Shown here piece by piece: positions 1-12,232 of a stretch of 64,000 nt of DNA (positions within the stretch are counted from its first letter, which is position 1; the number at the start of each line of letters is the position of its first letter). The position numbers and the translations under genes are program-made. This DNA comes from Eledone cirrhosa (Eukaryota): contig OZ024741.1 in assembly GCA_964016885.1 (NCBI GenBank), forward strand, positions 277,016,001 through 277,080,000, read 5' to 3'. Below the pieces are notes generated by a model, which did not search any database, had not been told where the DNA came from, and worked only from the letters and a program-made list of their open reading frames with translations.

Positions 1-1495
1 TTTAGCGTATGGGTGTTTGAATTATAATTATTAGAGTTTTTCTTATATATGTTATAATTTTTATTAAGATTAATACTTGGATTATTATTATCTACATATT
101 CTATATTATTCACATATCCTGCTCTTTTTAACGCGTTGTTGTAGTATTCAGCGTTTTCGTCGAATGTAGCTTTATTGGCTGATATTTTATTAATTCGTTT
201 TTGCACACTATTTACTATAGCTTTTTATTTACAGATTTAGGGTGATTGGAATGGTTACTAACATAGTTTAAGTTTTCATTGGGCTTATGAAAAGGCTAAT
301 AGAAGCCAGTGTTTAAGTTAAAGGTAACGTCTAGGAAATTAACTATTCTGGTACCATTTTCTACTTCTAACTTAAGGTCATACTTTTTAAAGAATTCTAT
401 TATACTTTTATTTACTCTATTTAGTTCCATATTGTTGTGTTTGACCACGGTAAATAAAATGTCGTCCCTATATAAACCATCGGTAATCTCCGGCAGTTTT
501 CTATTTATCATATTTAATATGAAAATTCCCAGAAGATCTGTGATGTGCTCGGAATCGGATGCCCCCATAGTGATATCAAAATTTCTATCTCTATCTGAGC
601 GGGTCCAATATTCGTTGTTGAAGTTAATAAGAGTTCTTCTGGCTGTTAGTATTATGTCTATTTCATCCGTGGTTAGATCAGTATGCTAATAAGCATATGA
701 AAGAGCCTTATTTAGAAGGTTAGGTGTTATGGAAGAATAGTAGCTAGTAATGTCCATCTGGATGAATTTATGGTTTGTCTTATCTTCTATATTCTTGTAC
801 CATTCTATGACTTCGTTTGTATCTTTCCATAAGCTCAAATTAGATCTCAATTTAAGAGTGGGTAATATTCTATCTATGATGTTTTTACTGATTACTCCAA
901 TATCCGATTTCGATGGAGCAATCAGTCTAACTGGCATCTCTTCCTCAAAGTTTCTTTTGTGATCCTTCAAGTTAATCCTGGGCTGTCTAGGTAAAAATGG
1001 CTCGGTTCTTCCTTCTATTCCTAAATTGGTAATTAATTTGTAGGCTTCTTCGTTAATTTCAGTAAGATCTTCAGCCGGGGCTTTTTTTGTAATTTTTCCT
1101 AAGTTCGTTTAAAATCAAATTGTTATATTCGTCTTTGTTTATCCCATATAAATTAATAGTTTTGTCAGATTTAACCAATACTTTGTTAACATTTTTTATT
1201 TTCGTGATTTTTTCTTTTAGAGTTCTAAGGTATTGGTGACCTATATATAGGTTTTTCCTAAATTTAATTTGTTTGATTATACCGAGCATTTCTCTTTAAA
1301 AAACCTCCAGAAGTTTGTTGTATGGAGGATCATTTCTTGATTTAAATAAAGATTCAAAATGATTGTTGTTGGTTTTCCTTTCAGCAGCTTTATTTTCGAA
1401 ATGAAAAGCTGTCCATCTCAATCTTCTAATAAAATTATTTTCCATAGAGTGCTTCCAATCTACTGTAAAACTCATTCTTTGATATACTCATTGAA
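1..1495 (-). mobile_element. Decayed AT-rich Penelope-like retroelement: N-terminal region, RT and thumb; runs off the left edge
   Basis: Broken frames give NFIRRLRWTAFHF, KQIKFRK, KDHKRNF..VRLIAPSKSDIG, FIQMDITSYYSSI, MGASDSEHITDL, LYRDD, NFLDVTFNLNTG and KPNENLNYVSNHSNHP. These are typical PLE RT motifs, interrupted by several stops and frameshifts. Confidence 0.88.
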
Positions 1496-1534
1496 TATTG
1501 TTTAACTCTTTAATATATATATATATATATATAG

Positions 1535-1748
1535 GAACGATCGACTTTCGTCAAATCGGACCGAGGGAACAATGTTTCCGTTGGTCTTTCCAATTGCTAA
1601 TACTATCTATCGGTCGCAACTCCAGGTAGAAGGAGTAACGTGAAATAAAGTGTCTTGCTCAAGGACATAACGCATCGCCTGGTCCAGGAATCGAACTCAC
1701 AACCTTACGATTGCGAATCCAATTCTCTAACCACTCAGCCACATGCCT
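1535..1748 (-). mobile_element. tRNA-derived CORE-type SINE (family A)
   Basis: Minus strand reads GGCATGTGGCTGAGTGGTTAG (A box)...GAGTTCGATTCC (B box), then TGTCCTTGAGCAAGACACTTTATTTCAC (CORE-like). Relatives at ~11207, 18121 and 47860. Confidence 0.8.
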
Positions 1749-1749
1749 T

Positions 1750-1820
<71 letters not shown>

Positions 1821-1823
<3 letters not shown>

Positions 1824-1941
1824 CCCAAAAGACGCAATACATAGGAAATTTTGAAGTTACCATATTTATTTATTTTGAATAAATTGTTTCTTATAAAACA
1901 TAATTATTTTCTTTATGTATCGCGATTTTTGGGCCACCCTG
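1821..1941. mobile_element. Tc1/mariner-type MITE, ~120 bp, left TIR clipped by (GA)n
   Basis: Reverse complement of the right end is TA|CAGGGTGGCCCAAAAATCGCGATACATA; the left end is GGCCCAAAAGACGCAATACATA. Confidence 0.65.
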
Positions 1942-1949
1942 TATATATA

Positions 1950-3845
1950 TAAGGGAAGCGCCGTGGTGCTGTGGCGCGCTGACCTCTACACGGCTGAAGC
2001 CCTCAGGCAGCTCCGTAACCCCCTCTTCTGCCGCCCTCTACCCTCCGATCCCACACCCCTCTACCAACAAGTTTCCTCCACCATTCAAAACCTTGTCTCC
2101 TCCTCCACCCCACCGCTTCGCACCTCATCGTCCGCACCCCCCGCACCCCCACTATTTACTTCCTCCCCAAACTCCACAAACCCGACAACCCCGGCCGCCC
2201 CATCATCTCCGCTTGCAACTGCCCCACAGAACTCATCTTCGCCTTTCTTGACTCCATCCTCGCCCCCCTCGTCGCCATCCTCCCCTCCAACATCTCCGAC
2301 ACCAACCACGCCCTTCGCCTATTCGACTCCTTCACCTTCCCACCCGGCCCACAGCCCTTCCTCTTCACCCTAGATATCAAGTTACTTTATACTGTCATCT
2401 CCCACGCCGACGGCCTACGTGCCCTCAAGCACTACCACGACCTTCGCCCCTCCCCCATCCCCTCCACCCCCACCCTCCTTCGCCTCGCTGAGCTGGTTCT
2501 CACCCTCAACTGTTTCTCCTTCTCGGGTGAGTTTTACCAACAGGTCACGGAGGTAGCCATGGGCACAAGAATGGGCCCAAACTATGCCAACCTTTTCGTT
2601 GGCCATGTTGAGGCTCAAATCTTTGCCCAGTACACCGGCCCCACGCCCGAACTGTACGGTCGTTACATCGACGACTGTATCGGAGCCACGACCCTCACCC
2701 GAGAACAGCTCGACTCCTTTCTCTCCTTCTTCTGCTCCTTCCACCCCTCCCTCCATTTCACTACCTCTATCTCCACCACCCACGTCCACTTCTTAGACAT
2801 CTCCGTCGCCATCGATCCCTCCCACCACTCCCTCGTCACCTCCGCCTTCTTCAAATCCACCGACTCCCACTCCTACCTCGACTTCACCTCCTCCCACCCT
2901 ACACACACTAAACACTCTATCCCCTACTCCCAACTTCTCAGGATCCGCCGCCTCTGTAGCCGAGATGCTGACTTCGAGTCCCAGGCCCTTTCCCTTGTCA
3001 GCCATTTCATCCGCAGAGCTTATCCCCCTCCCTCGACCACACCGCCCTCACTCGCGCCCGTGCTGTCCACCGCTCCACCACCCTCACCCCACGCTCACCC
3101 ACCGTCTCCCCTTCCCAATCACCTACCACACCTCCACCCTACCCATCCACCGCACCATCCTCCGCCTCTTCCGACGCCTCCAGTCCAACCCCTCCACCTC
3201 CCACATCTTCCCATCCCCCCCACTCCCCTCCTTCAAACGCGCACGCAATCTCCGCACCCTCCTCGTCCGCAGCTCCCTCCCCCGTTCCCTTCCCTGTTCC
3301 AGGCCTCGTTGCAAGACCTGTCCCCACATCACCAACCTTCCAGGGTCCCAACGGCCACTCTCTCTCTCTCTGTCCGGCACGCCTTCCGCTGCACCTCCTC
3401 CAACCTAGTCTATGGACTTCGCTGCACGGAGTGTAGCGCAACCTACGTCGGACAGACTGGACGTCACCTGGCGGACCGTTTCACCGAACACCTCCGGGAT
3501 ATTCGTCTCGGCGGGAGTTCCCCCATCGCCCGCCACTTTGGCTCCCCTGGACATTCCGCCCACCACCTCACAGTCTGTGGCCTACTCCAATGCCACGGAA
3601 CACCAGCCACCCTCCTCAGGGTCGAACAACGCACCATCTTCACCCTACAGACCCACACTCCCCCCGGCCTGAACTCCCCACCTCTATTCCTTTAGCTTTC
3701 GACCTCCCTGTTCCCCACTCCCCCCAACACACATATCCCCCACTAACACCACTAACACACTCCTCGTTTTCACTGCCCACCCCACAACTAACAATACTAA
3801 CACCCCCACCTCACCCCGACCACCCTCCCCCAACTAACAATACTA
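1950..3845 (+). mobile_element. Decayed C-rich Penelope-like element with RT and C-terminal GIY-YIG endonuclease
   Basis: KGSAVV, MGTRMGPNYANLFVG, RYIDD, FLDI, YSQLLRIRRLCS, CSRPRCKTC, and CTSSNLVYGLRCTECSATYVGQTGRHLADRFTEHLRDIR..HF..PGH..EQRTIFTLQT..PPGLN. Multiple frameshifts. Confidence 0.93.
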
Positions 3846-3969
3846 AGGATTGCATGGATTCACAACCCCACAGCTATGATGCGGAAGTATTGATCCCAAC
3901 ATGATACTGGAGTGGATGGTATTGTAATCATAAGGGGTAACACGAATGAATAGAACACGTAGATACATG

Positions 3970-4068
<99 letters not shown>

Positions 4069-4821
4069 TATATATGAGTGTGTGCGTATGTACGTGGGTC
4101 GATGTAAACACACAAACACACACACAAACGTTATATTCTACTGATATCCATGATGGCTGCTTTCATCTGCTTCCACTACGCTTTGCTTTAGCGACCTATA
4201 TGTTCTGTGAACACAGATAAATTGCATTTGAACGCCACCTATCACACTTGTTGCCATACTGTGATGGATACATGGAATTCCACTATATGATCGCTTTATC
4301 TGGCTCCCGCTATATCTGACTCTGCCTACATCATTCACTTTGGTTGATATTATTCTTAAACTGTCACCTCTGAAATCCTTTACTGTATACAACTACATTT
4401 GTTTGCATTTATTTGCATTGCTTATATCATGTGTTATCTTTTATGTTTCATTTTTATTTTTATCTTTATTTTTATCACCTCATATTTTTATTCTCATATT
4501 TTATTCTCATTTTTATTTTTATTATTTTTTATTATTTTTTTATATTTTCTCATCTTATCATCACTTTATTGTTATCTTTATTTTATCCTTACTTCTAGAC
4601 TCGGCCCTTTACGTTTTATCTCTTATCTTTAATTTCCTTATCTTTTATTTTTCCTTATCTTTAATTATTGTAACTGATTTTGGTCTTAATATGTATCGGC
4701 TCCTAGCGGTGACGCGTCGTCCAAGCACCCCACTCTTCTTAGTCCTCTGTGCTACATATGGACCGTTCTTGTGATGTAGGTCGGTAGAGTTTATACTATT
4801 GATCTAATTCCTCTTTATAAC

Positions 4822-4866
4822 GCTCTGATGAGTCCTGCAATTATGCAAGGACGAAATACTGTCAGC
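4822..4866 (+). ncRNA. Type I hammerhead ribozyme (PLE pseudo-LTR type)
   Basis: GCT-CTGATGA-GTCCT(GCAATTATGCA)AGGAC-GAAA-TACT-GTC-AGC: stem I GCT/AGC, stem II GTCCT/AGGAC, GUC site, followed by AATAAA. Confidence 0.85.
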
Positions 4867-5159
4867 AAATAAAGATTAATTGATGATGTAAGCGCTCTTT
4901 GTTTTTGTTTCATATATATATATATATATGGTGTGGGCCTTCCCTCTTTTCGACGATGATCAATTAGTTGTTCAATTGTTCCGTTAATTGAATTAACTAC
5001 CCGTTATATTACATGTAATTGACTGAATATTCCACAGACACGAGTATCCTTAACTCTAGTCAAATTGAACGTGAACAATCTGACAAGTCTAGAACTTTGA
5101 ATTTCATGTCATGTGATTGAACATAGATACTCATGATTGAACCTTGAATTTCTTAACTT

Positions 5160-5680
5160 ATTAGCACCAACAACAAAATCAATATTCACACCACCACCAC
5201 CACCACCAACATCCCAGTCACCTCCACTACTCCCATCAGCATCACCACCAACAACACCACCAACACTATCACCAGCAACATGACCAACACTGCCACCACC
5301 AACACTATCACCAGCAACATCCCTACCACCAGCACAGCCACCCCTATTCACCACACACAAGAACCCCCTCCCCCCTATCTCTTTCTCTTTCAATCTCTTT
5401 CTATTTCTCTGTCCCTCTCCCACCTTTTCGAATAAATACTCGCACAAACACACACTCACACACATACACAAACAGACAGACAATCACACACACACACACA
5501 AACACACAAACACACACACACACACACACACACTCACACACACACACAAACACCCATACACACATACACCCTCACACACACACACAAACACACAAACACA
5601 CATACACAAACATACACACACACGCAGAAACACAAACACACACACAGACATTTTCCCCATCCAAACACACACACAAACAC
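5160..5680. repeat. Degenerate (CAC)n, (CT)n and (CA)n simple repeats
   Basis: Directly visible. Confidence 0.9.
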
Positions 5681-5997
5681 AGAGGAAAAAGTGAACCCAA
5701 ACACTCCAATGGACCTATCTTCAAACATTAACACTTTTCCACCTCCCACCATGTCTATTACCTAACCACGATGATAATCAACCTCCTCTCCCCAGTCCCC
5801 ACCCCGACTAGCCTGTCTCCACCCCACCCCTCTACCTAACATCCTTGAATCTCATCGATACAGTCTACTGCAGCGACACCAGTGAGACATTCCATCACTT
5901 GTTGCTAGCATCAACTTGTCTTCGACCCGGACGGTTGCTTAGACAGATAGATGATTTTATATATATATGTATATATAAATATATATATATGTATGAG

Positions 5998-6041
<44 letters not shown>

Positions 6042-6044
6042 TCT

Positions 6045-6181
<137 letters not shown>

Positions 6182-6433
6182 ACACAGAGAGAAAGGTAGA
6201 CATTCTATCATCTCCCACTGAATCTCTTCCCGATCATCAATCCATCACCCTACCCACCACCCCACCCCCTCCTGACTAATATGCATACCCCCTCCACCAC
6301 GACCATCACCACCCTCTACTAAGCCATTCTTCAATCTCATTGAACCATTCAGTCAATGACAGCGACATCAGAGAGAGAAACATTCCAATACTTGTTGCAG
6401 CATCAAATGATTAAAATATCACAAACTGTTAGA

Positions 6434-6467
<34 letters not shown>

Positions 6468-6933
6468 TATATATAGATATATATGCGTTCTATATGTATA
6501 TGAATATTCTCACACGCTCACACACGCACACATATATACATATGTACGTGTATGTGTGAGTGTAAAATACCTGTATGTGTGTATGTATGTATAAGTGTAA
6601 TAATATGTATGTGTGAATTTAACACTAATGATTAAACAGAAGATTTCACTCAAGGGAGGTAACCATCCCCAGGCAAGTAACAATGGGATTTGATGAAAAT
6701 GGCGGTTAGTGGATTTTATCAGAAATATTTTACTGATTTACTGGTTTGAGTGAGTAGACTACATCCGGGCTGCGTTACTTTTGATTAACCTCGTAACATT
6801 CAATTTATTGACCCCACTGCAGCCATTGCTTTCAATATTACCAACACCTTTACAGTCATTACGCCCACCATTTTCATTCTTCACAAAAACACACAGAAAC
6901 ATGTAGACAACACAAAATATCTACAGATATACA

Positions 6934-7031
<98 letters not shown>

Positions 7032-7096
7032 TATAATTAGAATTTTATTTCTTGCCCTAGCACAGCTGATACATGAATGTAAGTATGCATACGTAT

Positions 7097-7129
<33 letters not shown>

Positions 7130-7244
7130 CTATATATGCACATATGTATGTACGTATGGGTTATATCGAACATTAATAATAATATTCGATGTGCCGTGCT
7201 GATGACAAATCGTCATCCGTTTGTTCAACACTGGCTTTGAAGAA

Positions 7245-7286
7245 CAATCAACATGTTTCTGGGTCATTACGCTTCATCAGCACTAT
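7245..7286 (-). ncRNA. Degenerate hammerhead-like motif
   Basis: Minus strand TAGTG-CTGATGA-AGCGTAATGACCCA-GAAA-CATG-TT-GATTG. Both core boxes and a palindromic stem III are present; stems I and II are mismatched. Confidence 0.4.
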
Positions 7287-7518
7287 ATACCTCTGCCAAT
7301 CTGTTGAACGGTTGAAAGTATATAGTATTTTCTTAAGTACACATAGGCTGAGTAGCCTCATTTGCATACGACCGATTTACGGCTGGCCTTGCCGAATATT
7401 TAAAATGAAACTAGAATTTTATTTCTCGCCCTTGCCCACTTGATATATAAATGTAAACATGCATACGAATCTAATATTATTATTAATGTTCTATATAACC
7501 CATATGTACATATATATG

Positions 7519-7575
<57 letters not shown>

Positions 7576-7804
7576 TCTTCATCTTTTTACCTTATGTACT
7601 TAATCCTGATGAATAATAATCTAGTACCTGACTAAGCCCTCCCCTACCTGACTAATCTACAAGTCCCCCTCTACTCCCATCTCTATCAGTTCTCATCGAT
7701 GCTCATTGGTCCAGTCCATTGTAGCGACATCAGATAAACATTCCAGCACATGGAATTCGTCACACAACACTTCATCACCGTGTGAATATATATATATATA
7801 GATA

Positions 7805-8522
7805 TGTTTCTTTATTAACCACAGGGGCACGAAGTTTACATACAATAAAAACGTGTAAAATATTATCACAAATGCAATTTAAAAATTAGACGATTTTCCT
7901 CAATAGGGGGAGACAGTTCATATGGGTAACACATACCCCCGAAAAAATGTGCAACCCTCATCTCCGGAGTACGAAGAGTTTGTACTCCTTTCCTCTCTTC
8001 CTCCTTTTCCTCAACCTACAGGCTGATATAGAGAGAAGGCCCATTCACTCGGGCCATTCTCGCCACTTTCACCCACCTTTCATAAAACTTGCTGGGGTAC
8101 AGCACCTCTCTCTCCATCCTGATTCTTCTTCCAAAGTGGTATTTGAAAAAAAGAATCAGTTGTTGGCCGGAGAGAAAGGTATCTGACCTCAGCCCTTTCA
8201 GCCTTGCCCACCATACAACCTCTTTCGCCATAGCTATCACACAAAGGAAAACCGCCTCTCCTTCGTTTTTGAAGAAGGGTGGTGGTTTGATCATGACAAT
8301 GGACTCGGTGGTCAACCGGATTGGTCCCACCCGCGACAATAGTCGTTCTACATAGCCCCACAGGTCGGTGACGCCCGGGCAGTGTATGAATGCGTGCGCG
8401 ACGGTTTCTTCGTCTCGCACGCACCTCGAACAGATCTTTTTTGCAGGATCACTGCCCGGGCGCCCATGTCTGTAGAGCTTGTCTCGAACTGGTAGAGCTC
8501 CTCGGTAGCACTGCCAGGCCAG
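7805..8522 (-). mobile_element. 3' fragment of Tx1/L1-type LINE (zf-RVT region and 3' UTR)
   Basis: ETVAHAFIHCP...AKEVVWWARLKG...RIRMEREVL, homologous to 36651-37150. Ends in AATAAAGAAAC next to (TA)n. Confidence 0.88.
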
Positions 8523-8570
8523 GGAGATAGATAGATAGATAGATAATTAGATAATTAGACACACACACAG

Positions 8571-8651
<81 letters not shown>

Positions 8652-9310
8652 CTAGCCGAATTACCCTCGCCTTGCTGCGTTTCACACATTTTTCTTTTGT
8701 AAGAAAATGATGATTGATCTTAAATCAGTGATATAATTTATGGAAAAAAACTCTGCATTTCAATGTAAAATGTAATGCATGAAAAATTGGAAAACATTAT
8801 TTTTTGTAATATATCAAATCAAAATTACATTATTAAATCTTATTCCTATTTCGTTTCTCGTAAATAATTTTTTTCAAAATATCAATTCAATCAAATCTTG
8901 ATCATTTCATTTTTGTGTAAAGCATTATTTTCAAATTAGAAATTCAAAGTTCCAATACTCAAGTTATGGGCTTCCAAAATTTTCACTATAGGGGGTTTAA
9001 CCTTCATTAGGGTATCTTAATATTATTAAAATTTGCTGAAATGTTGTGAATAGGCATCATATCTTGTCGTTTAAATTTCATATAATTCGAAAGGAAAACA
9101 TTTTCAGCGGGTCTTTGTGCGGGGTTTTGTGCCCTCGGGGAACCCTTTGATTAAAATGAAATATACTTATCCAAGTACGCTGGGCAGTGTAGTTTCAGAA
9201 TATATATGGTTATGGGGGTCTATCTCCAAAACCATAGGAGGAGTTCGTGAACAAACAAACAAACAAACAAACAAACAATCAGACAGGAACTATAACTTTA
9301 TATATATAGA
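8652..9310 (-). mobile_element. Complete non-autonomous Helitron (~660 bp)
   Basis: Minus strand starts A|TCTATATATATAAAG, contains a (GTTT)n tract, and ends with a GC-rich subterminal segment plus CTAG|T. This gives canonical TC...CTAG ends at an AT target. Confidence 0.78.
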
Positions 9311-9324
9311 TATATATATATATA

Positions 9325-9508
9325 GTAATTGTTTTTACTTTTGGCACAAGGCCAGCAATTATCCCAGTGCATTACTGGTACTTTATTTTATCGACCCTGT
9401 AAGGATGAAAGACAAAGTTAACCTCGGCGGGATTTGAACTCAAATCATAAAGGGCCGTAACTCTTTGTTGCAAAGCATGACGTCCGACCCTCTACCGATA
9501 CTGCCAAT
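9325..9508 (-). mobile_element. SINE family B
   Basis: Reverse complement of TGGCAGTATCGGTAGAG..GAGTTCAAATCCCGCCGAGG..CTTTCATCCTTAC.GGGTCGATAAAATAAAGTACCAG..GCTGGCCTTGTGCC. About 20 copies occur in the window. Confidence 0.85.
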
Positions 9509-9517
9509 AGTAATAAT

Positions 9518-9552
9518 CTGAGGATTCGCTAAGGTGAAACAATTGTTCTCGG
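9518..9552 (+). ncRNA. Partial hammerhead-like motif (5' stem I strand missing)
   Basis: CTGAGGA-TTCGCTAAGGT-GAAA-CAATTG-TT. The palindromic stem III CAATTG is identical to that at 41635. Confidence 0.4.
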
Positions 9553-9577
9553 TATGGTGAACTAAGTGTTGTGTAAC

Positions 9578-10622
9578 ACACACACATATACATGAATGCA
9601 TCCACACCCAACCGTGAGTTAATGGTGCCAACCTTACCGATGTTGCTCAATGAATGACTGGGACAGACCAATCCGGTTGAATTAGACTGAACCAGTATCA
9701 GAGTTAAAAATACATTATGAAGAGAGAAGAAACATTTAGATATAATTAGTAATAAAATGTATCATACCCTTTATGCCACGAAACTACGTAGTCGAGGAAT
9801 CTAGGAACAGTTTAGGTATGATACATTTTATTACTAATTATATCTAAATGTTTCTTCTCTCTTCATAATGTATTTTTAACTCTGATACTGGTTCAGTCTA
9901 ATTCAACCGGATTGGTCTGTCCCAGTCATTCATTGAGCAACATCGGTAAGGTTGGCACCATTAACTCGCGGTTGGGTATGGATGCATTCATGTATATGTG
10001 TGTGTCCGCATGTATCTGTGTGTTTCTAAATATATTGTTCATAACTCCCTCTGGTCGAGTAATCTTTGAAGTGTGGTGACTGCTGGAAAGCTGCCATTAC
10101 TCATACTTCTCGCCTCCTTCACCACCTCTTCTACGGCTTCGATATAAATACCCCCTCCGCCTCCGTGGTATTTTCTTCGGGGTTATAAGAGGCTTAGCTC
10201 TGTTTCTCGACCGTTATATCGCGTGACTATCTCTCCCTCCGCCTTTTGGGATTCTTTCTCACGTCGTGTAGACGCGTTCTTGAAGCTAGTAAAATGAGGT
10301 ATCCTCTTGATAAGTCGGCAGACCTCGCAAGGACTCTATATCTTTATGATGTATTGTTTTTGTTTATACCACGAAACTACGTAGTCGAGGAATCTAGGAA
10401 CAGTTTAGGTATGATACATTTTATTACTAATTATATCTAAATGTTTCTTCTCTCTTCATAATGTATTTTTAACTCTGATACTGGTTCAGTCTAATTCAAC
10501 CGGATTGGTCTGTCCCAGTCATTCATTGAGCAACATCGGTAAGGTTGGCACCATTAACTCACGGTTGGGTGTGGATGCATTCATGTATATGTGTGTGTCC
10601 GCATGTATCTGTGTGTTTCTAA

Positions 10623-10629
<7 letters not shown>
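9578..10629 (+). mobile_element. Non-coding HHR-containing PLE/retrozyme-like element with inverted end and direct repeats
   Basis: 191-bp inverted arms 9578-9768 and 9815-10005; 267-bp direct repeats 9770-10036 and 10363-10629 (period 593); HHR at 10302-10391; ends at (TA)n. Confidence 0.8.
10302..10391 (+). ncRNA. Type I hammerhead ribozyme with variant first box and long stem II
   Basis: TCCTC-TTGATAA-GT...AC-GAAA-CTACGTAG-TC-GAGGA: 5-bp stem I, palindromic stem III, GUC site. The first box deviates from CUGAUGA at two positions. Confidence 0.7.
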
Positions 10630-10680
<51 letters not shown>

Positions 10681-10824
10681 GTTATGCTTTGGGAGGGTCA
10701 TGTTGCCAATAAGAAACACACGCACCATGTTCCAATTGCTAAAAATTGTTATTATCTCTAATGAATTTCTTCTTCATTACGGGTATAATTTCAAATGATT
10801 ACAATTGTATTTTAGCTTACAATA

Positions 10825-11070
10825 TTAAGTTTTGCCTTTCGTCCATTTGAGGTCGATAAAAAGTACCAGTCTAGTACTAGGGTCGATTCTTCCTCTTTAT
10901 ATCTTTCAAACTTCCATTCTCTCACTTTCTATCCGTCTCTGGAAGAAATCTGTTGTATTAAGACCAGGACAAGGGATGGGCTCCGTCAGTTTTTAAAAAT
11001 TGCCGTAAGAAACGCTGTATGTCAACAATGCGGCACTGCTATGACTTCATTAGGAGTTACCGGCCCATAC
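10825..11070 (+). repeat. SINE B remnant plus ~190-bp tail shared with 53585-54260
   Basis: CTTCCATTCTCTCACTTTCTATCC..AAGAAATCTG..GGATGGGCTC..AAGAAACGCTGTATGTCA recurs at ~53770 and ~54120. Confidence 0.7.
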
Positions 11071-11206
11071 CATACTATACCATTAAGTATGTTAACATGC
11101 ACTAAACAATATATACTTTTTGCAGATGGAATGAATATCCGAGGCTTTTATTTGGTTGCTTGATCGTTAATGATGTTTTGTTTGCTGACTAATTATTACA
11201 CAGTCA

Positions 11207-11490
11207 GGTCACGTGGTTTCCTGGTTAGGGTTTTCAGCTCACAATCGTAAAGTCGTGATTTTGATTCCCGGCGATGCATTGTGTCCTTGAAAAAAACAAT
11301 TTATTTCATGTTGCAGGAGCCAACCTTGTCACACAACCTGTACCATGCTGAACCTCTCTGATATCTACTTTAAGGGTTCTTCACGTGTCAGAGGAATGCT
11401 CAGCCACTTGCACTTTAATTTCCCAAGCAGGCTGTTCCGTGATTCAAAACAACTGGGACGCTCGTTGTCGGATCGACGGAAATCCAATGC
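11207..11490 (+). mobile_element. SINE family A, degenerate
   Basis: TGGTTAGGGTTTTCAGCTCACAATCGTAA..GATTCCCGG..TGTGTCCTTGA..TTTATTTCATGTTGC. Confidence 0.7.
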
Positions 11491-11644
11491 ACGCACACAC
11501 ACACACACACACACTCACAGAACAACAAAGCAACATATGCAAGTCTAGAGGATAGAGTAAGTAGGATACAGCCAATTTAAGAGTACATATTCTTAGTCAC
11601 ATCTCTTTTATCTGGAGGTCGAACTCGTCATAACAGACACCATT

Positions 11645-12232
11645 TGATAGAATCGGTAGAACGTCGGACAACATGTTTTGCGGCATATGGTTACATCCCT
11701 TTACGTTCTGAGTTCAAATCTCGACGAGTTTAATTTTTTCTTTCATCCATCCGAAGTCGATGAATTATGCATCAATAACACACTAGGATCGATCTAATCG
11801 ACTTTTGCCTTCTCCCTTAAAATTGTTTACCTTGTGCCTAAATCAGAAATCAGTATTTAAGAGTGTATCTGAACATTTCCTTCTGACATTCTACAGCAGG
11901 GGTTCTCAAACATGCCAACCGGGCCACCCAACCCTATTTACAGAGAGACCTGCTTACACGTAAATTGTAAATAAATATATAATAAATAAAATCGTTAATT
12001 TATATATAATAAATAATATATACTATGTATAAATAAATATATATTTTTTTATTTTACAATATTTATACATAATATATATTATTTGATATTTAATATACTA
12101 TTATACCAAATGTATACAATACTATAATAATTGTTTCTACTGTTGGCACAAGGCCAGCAATTACGCAGTGTATTACTGGTACTTTATGTTATCGACCCCA
12201 TAAGGATGAAAAGCAAAGTTAACCTCGGCGCG
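11645..12232. mobile_element. Two SINE B copies (11645-11850 +, 12130-12232 -) flanking a possible hAT-type TIR at 11897
   Basis: SINE B motifs. CAGGGGTTCTCAAAC resembles hAT MITE ends, but no partner end was found. Confidence 0.65.

Noticed and set aside
686-688. Selenocysteine read-through in the AT-rich PLE
   Set aside because: This in-frame stop is TAG, not TGA, and the element has other frameshifts.
1672-1748. Functional tRNA gene
   Set aside because: The tRNA-like head runs directly into a SINE core, has multiple degenerate copies and a poor acceptor stem.
6692-6877. 13-bp inverted repeat ATGAAAATGGYGG as MITE ends
   Set aside because: Short, no target duplication or second copy seen; could be chance.
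7606-7630. CTGATGA as a hammerhead
   Set aside because: No stem II or GAAA box.
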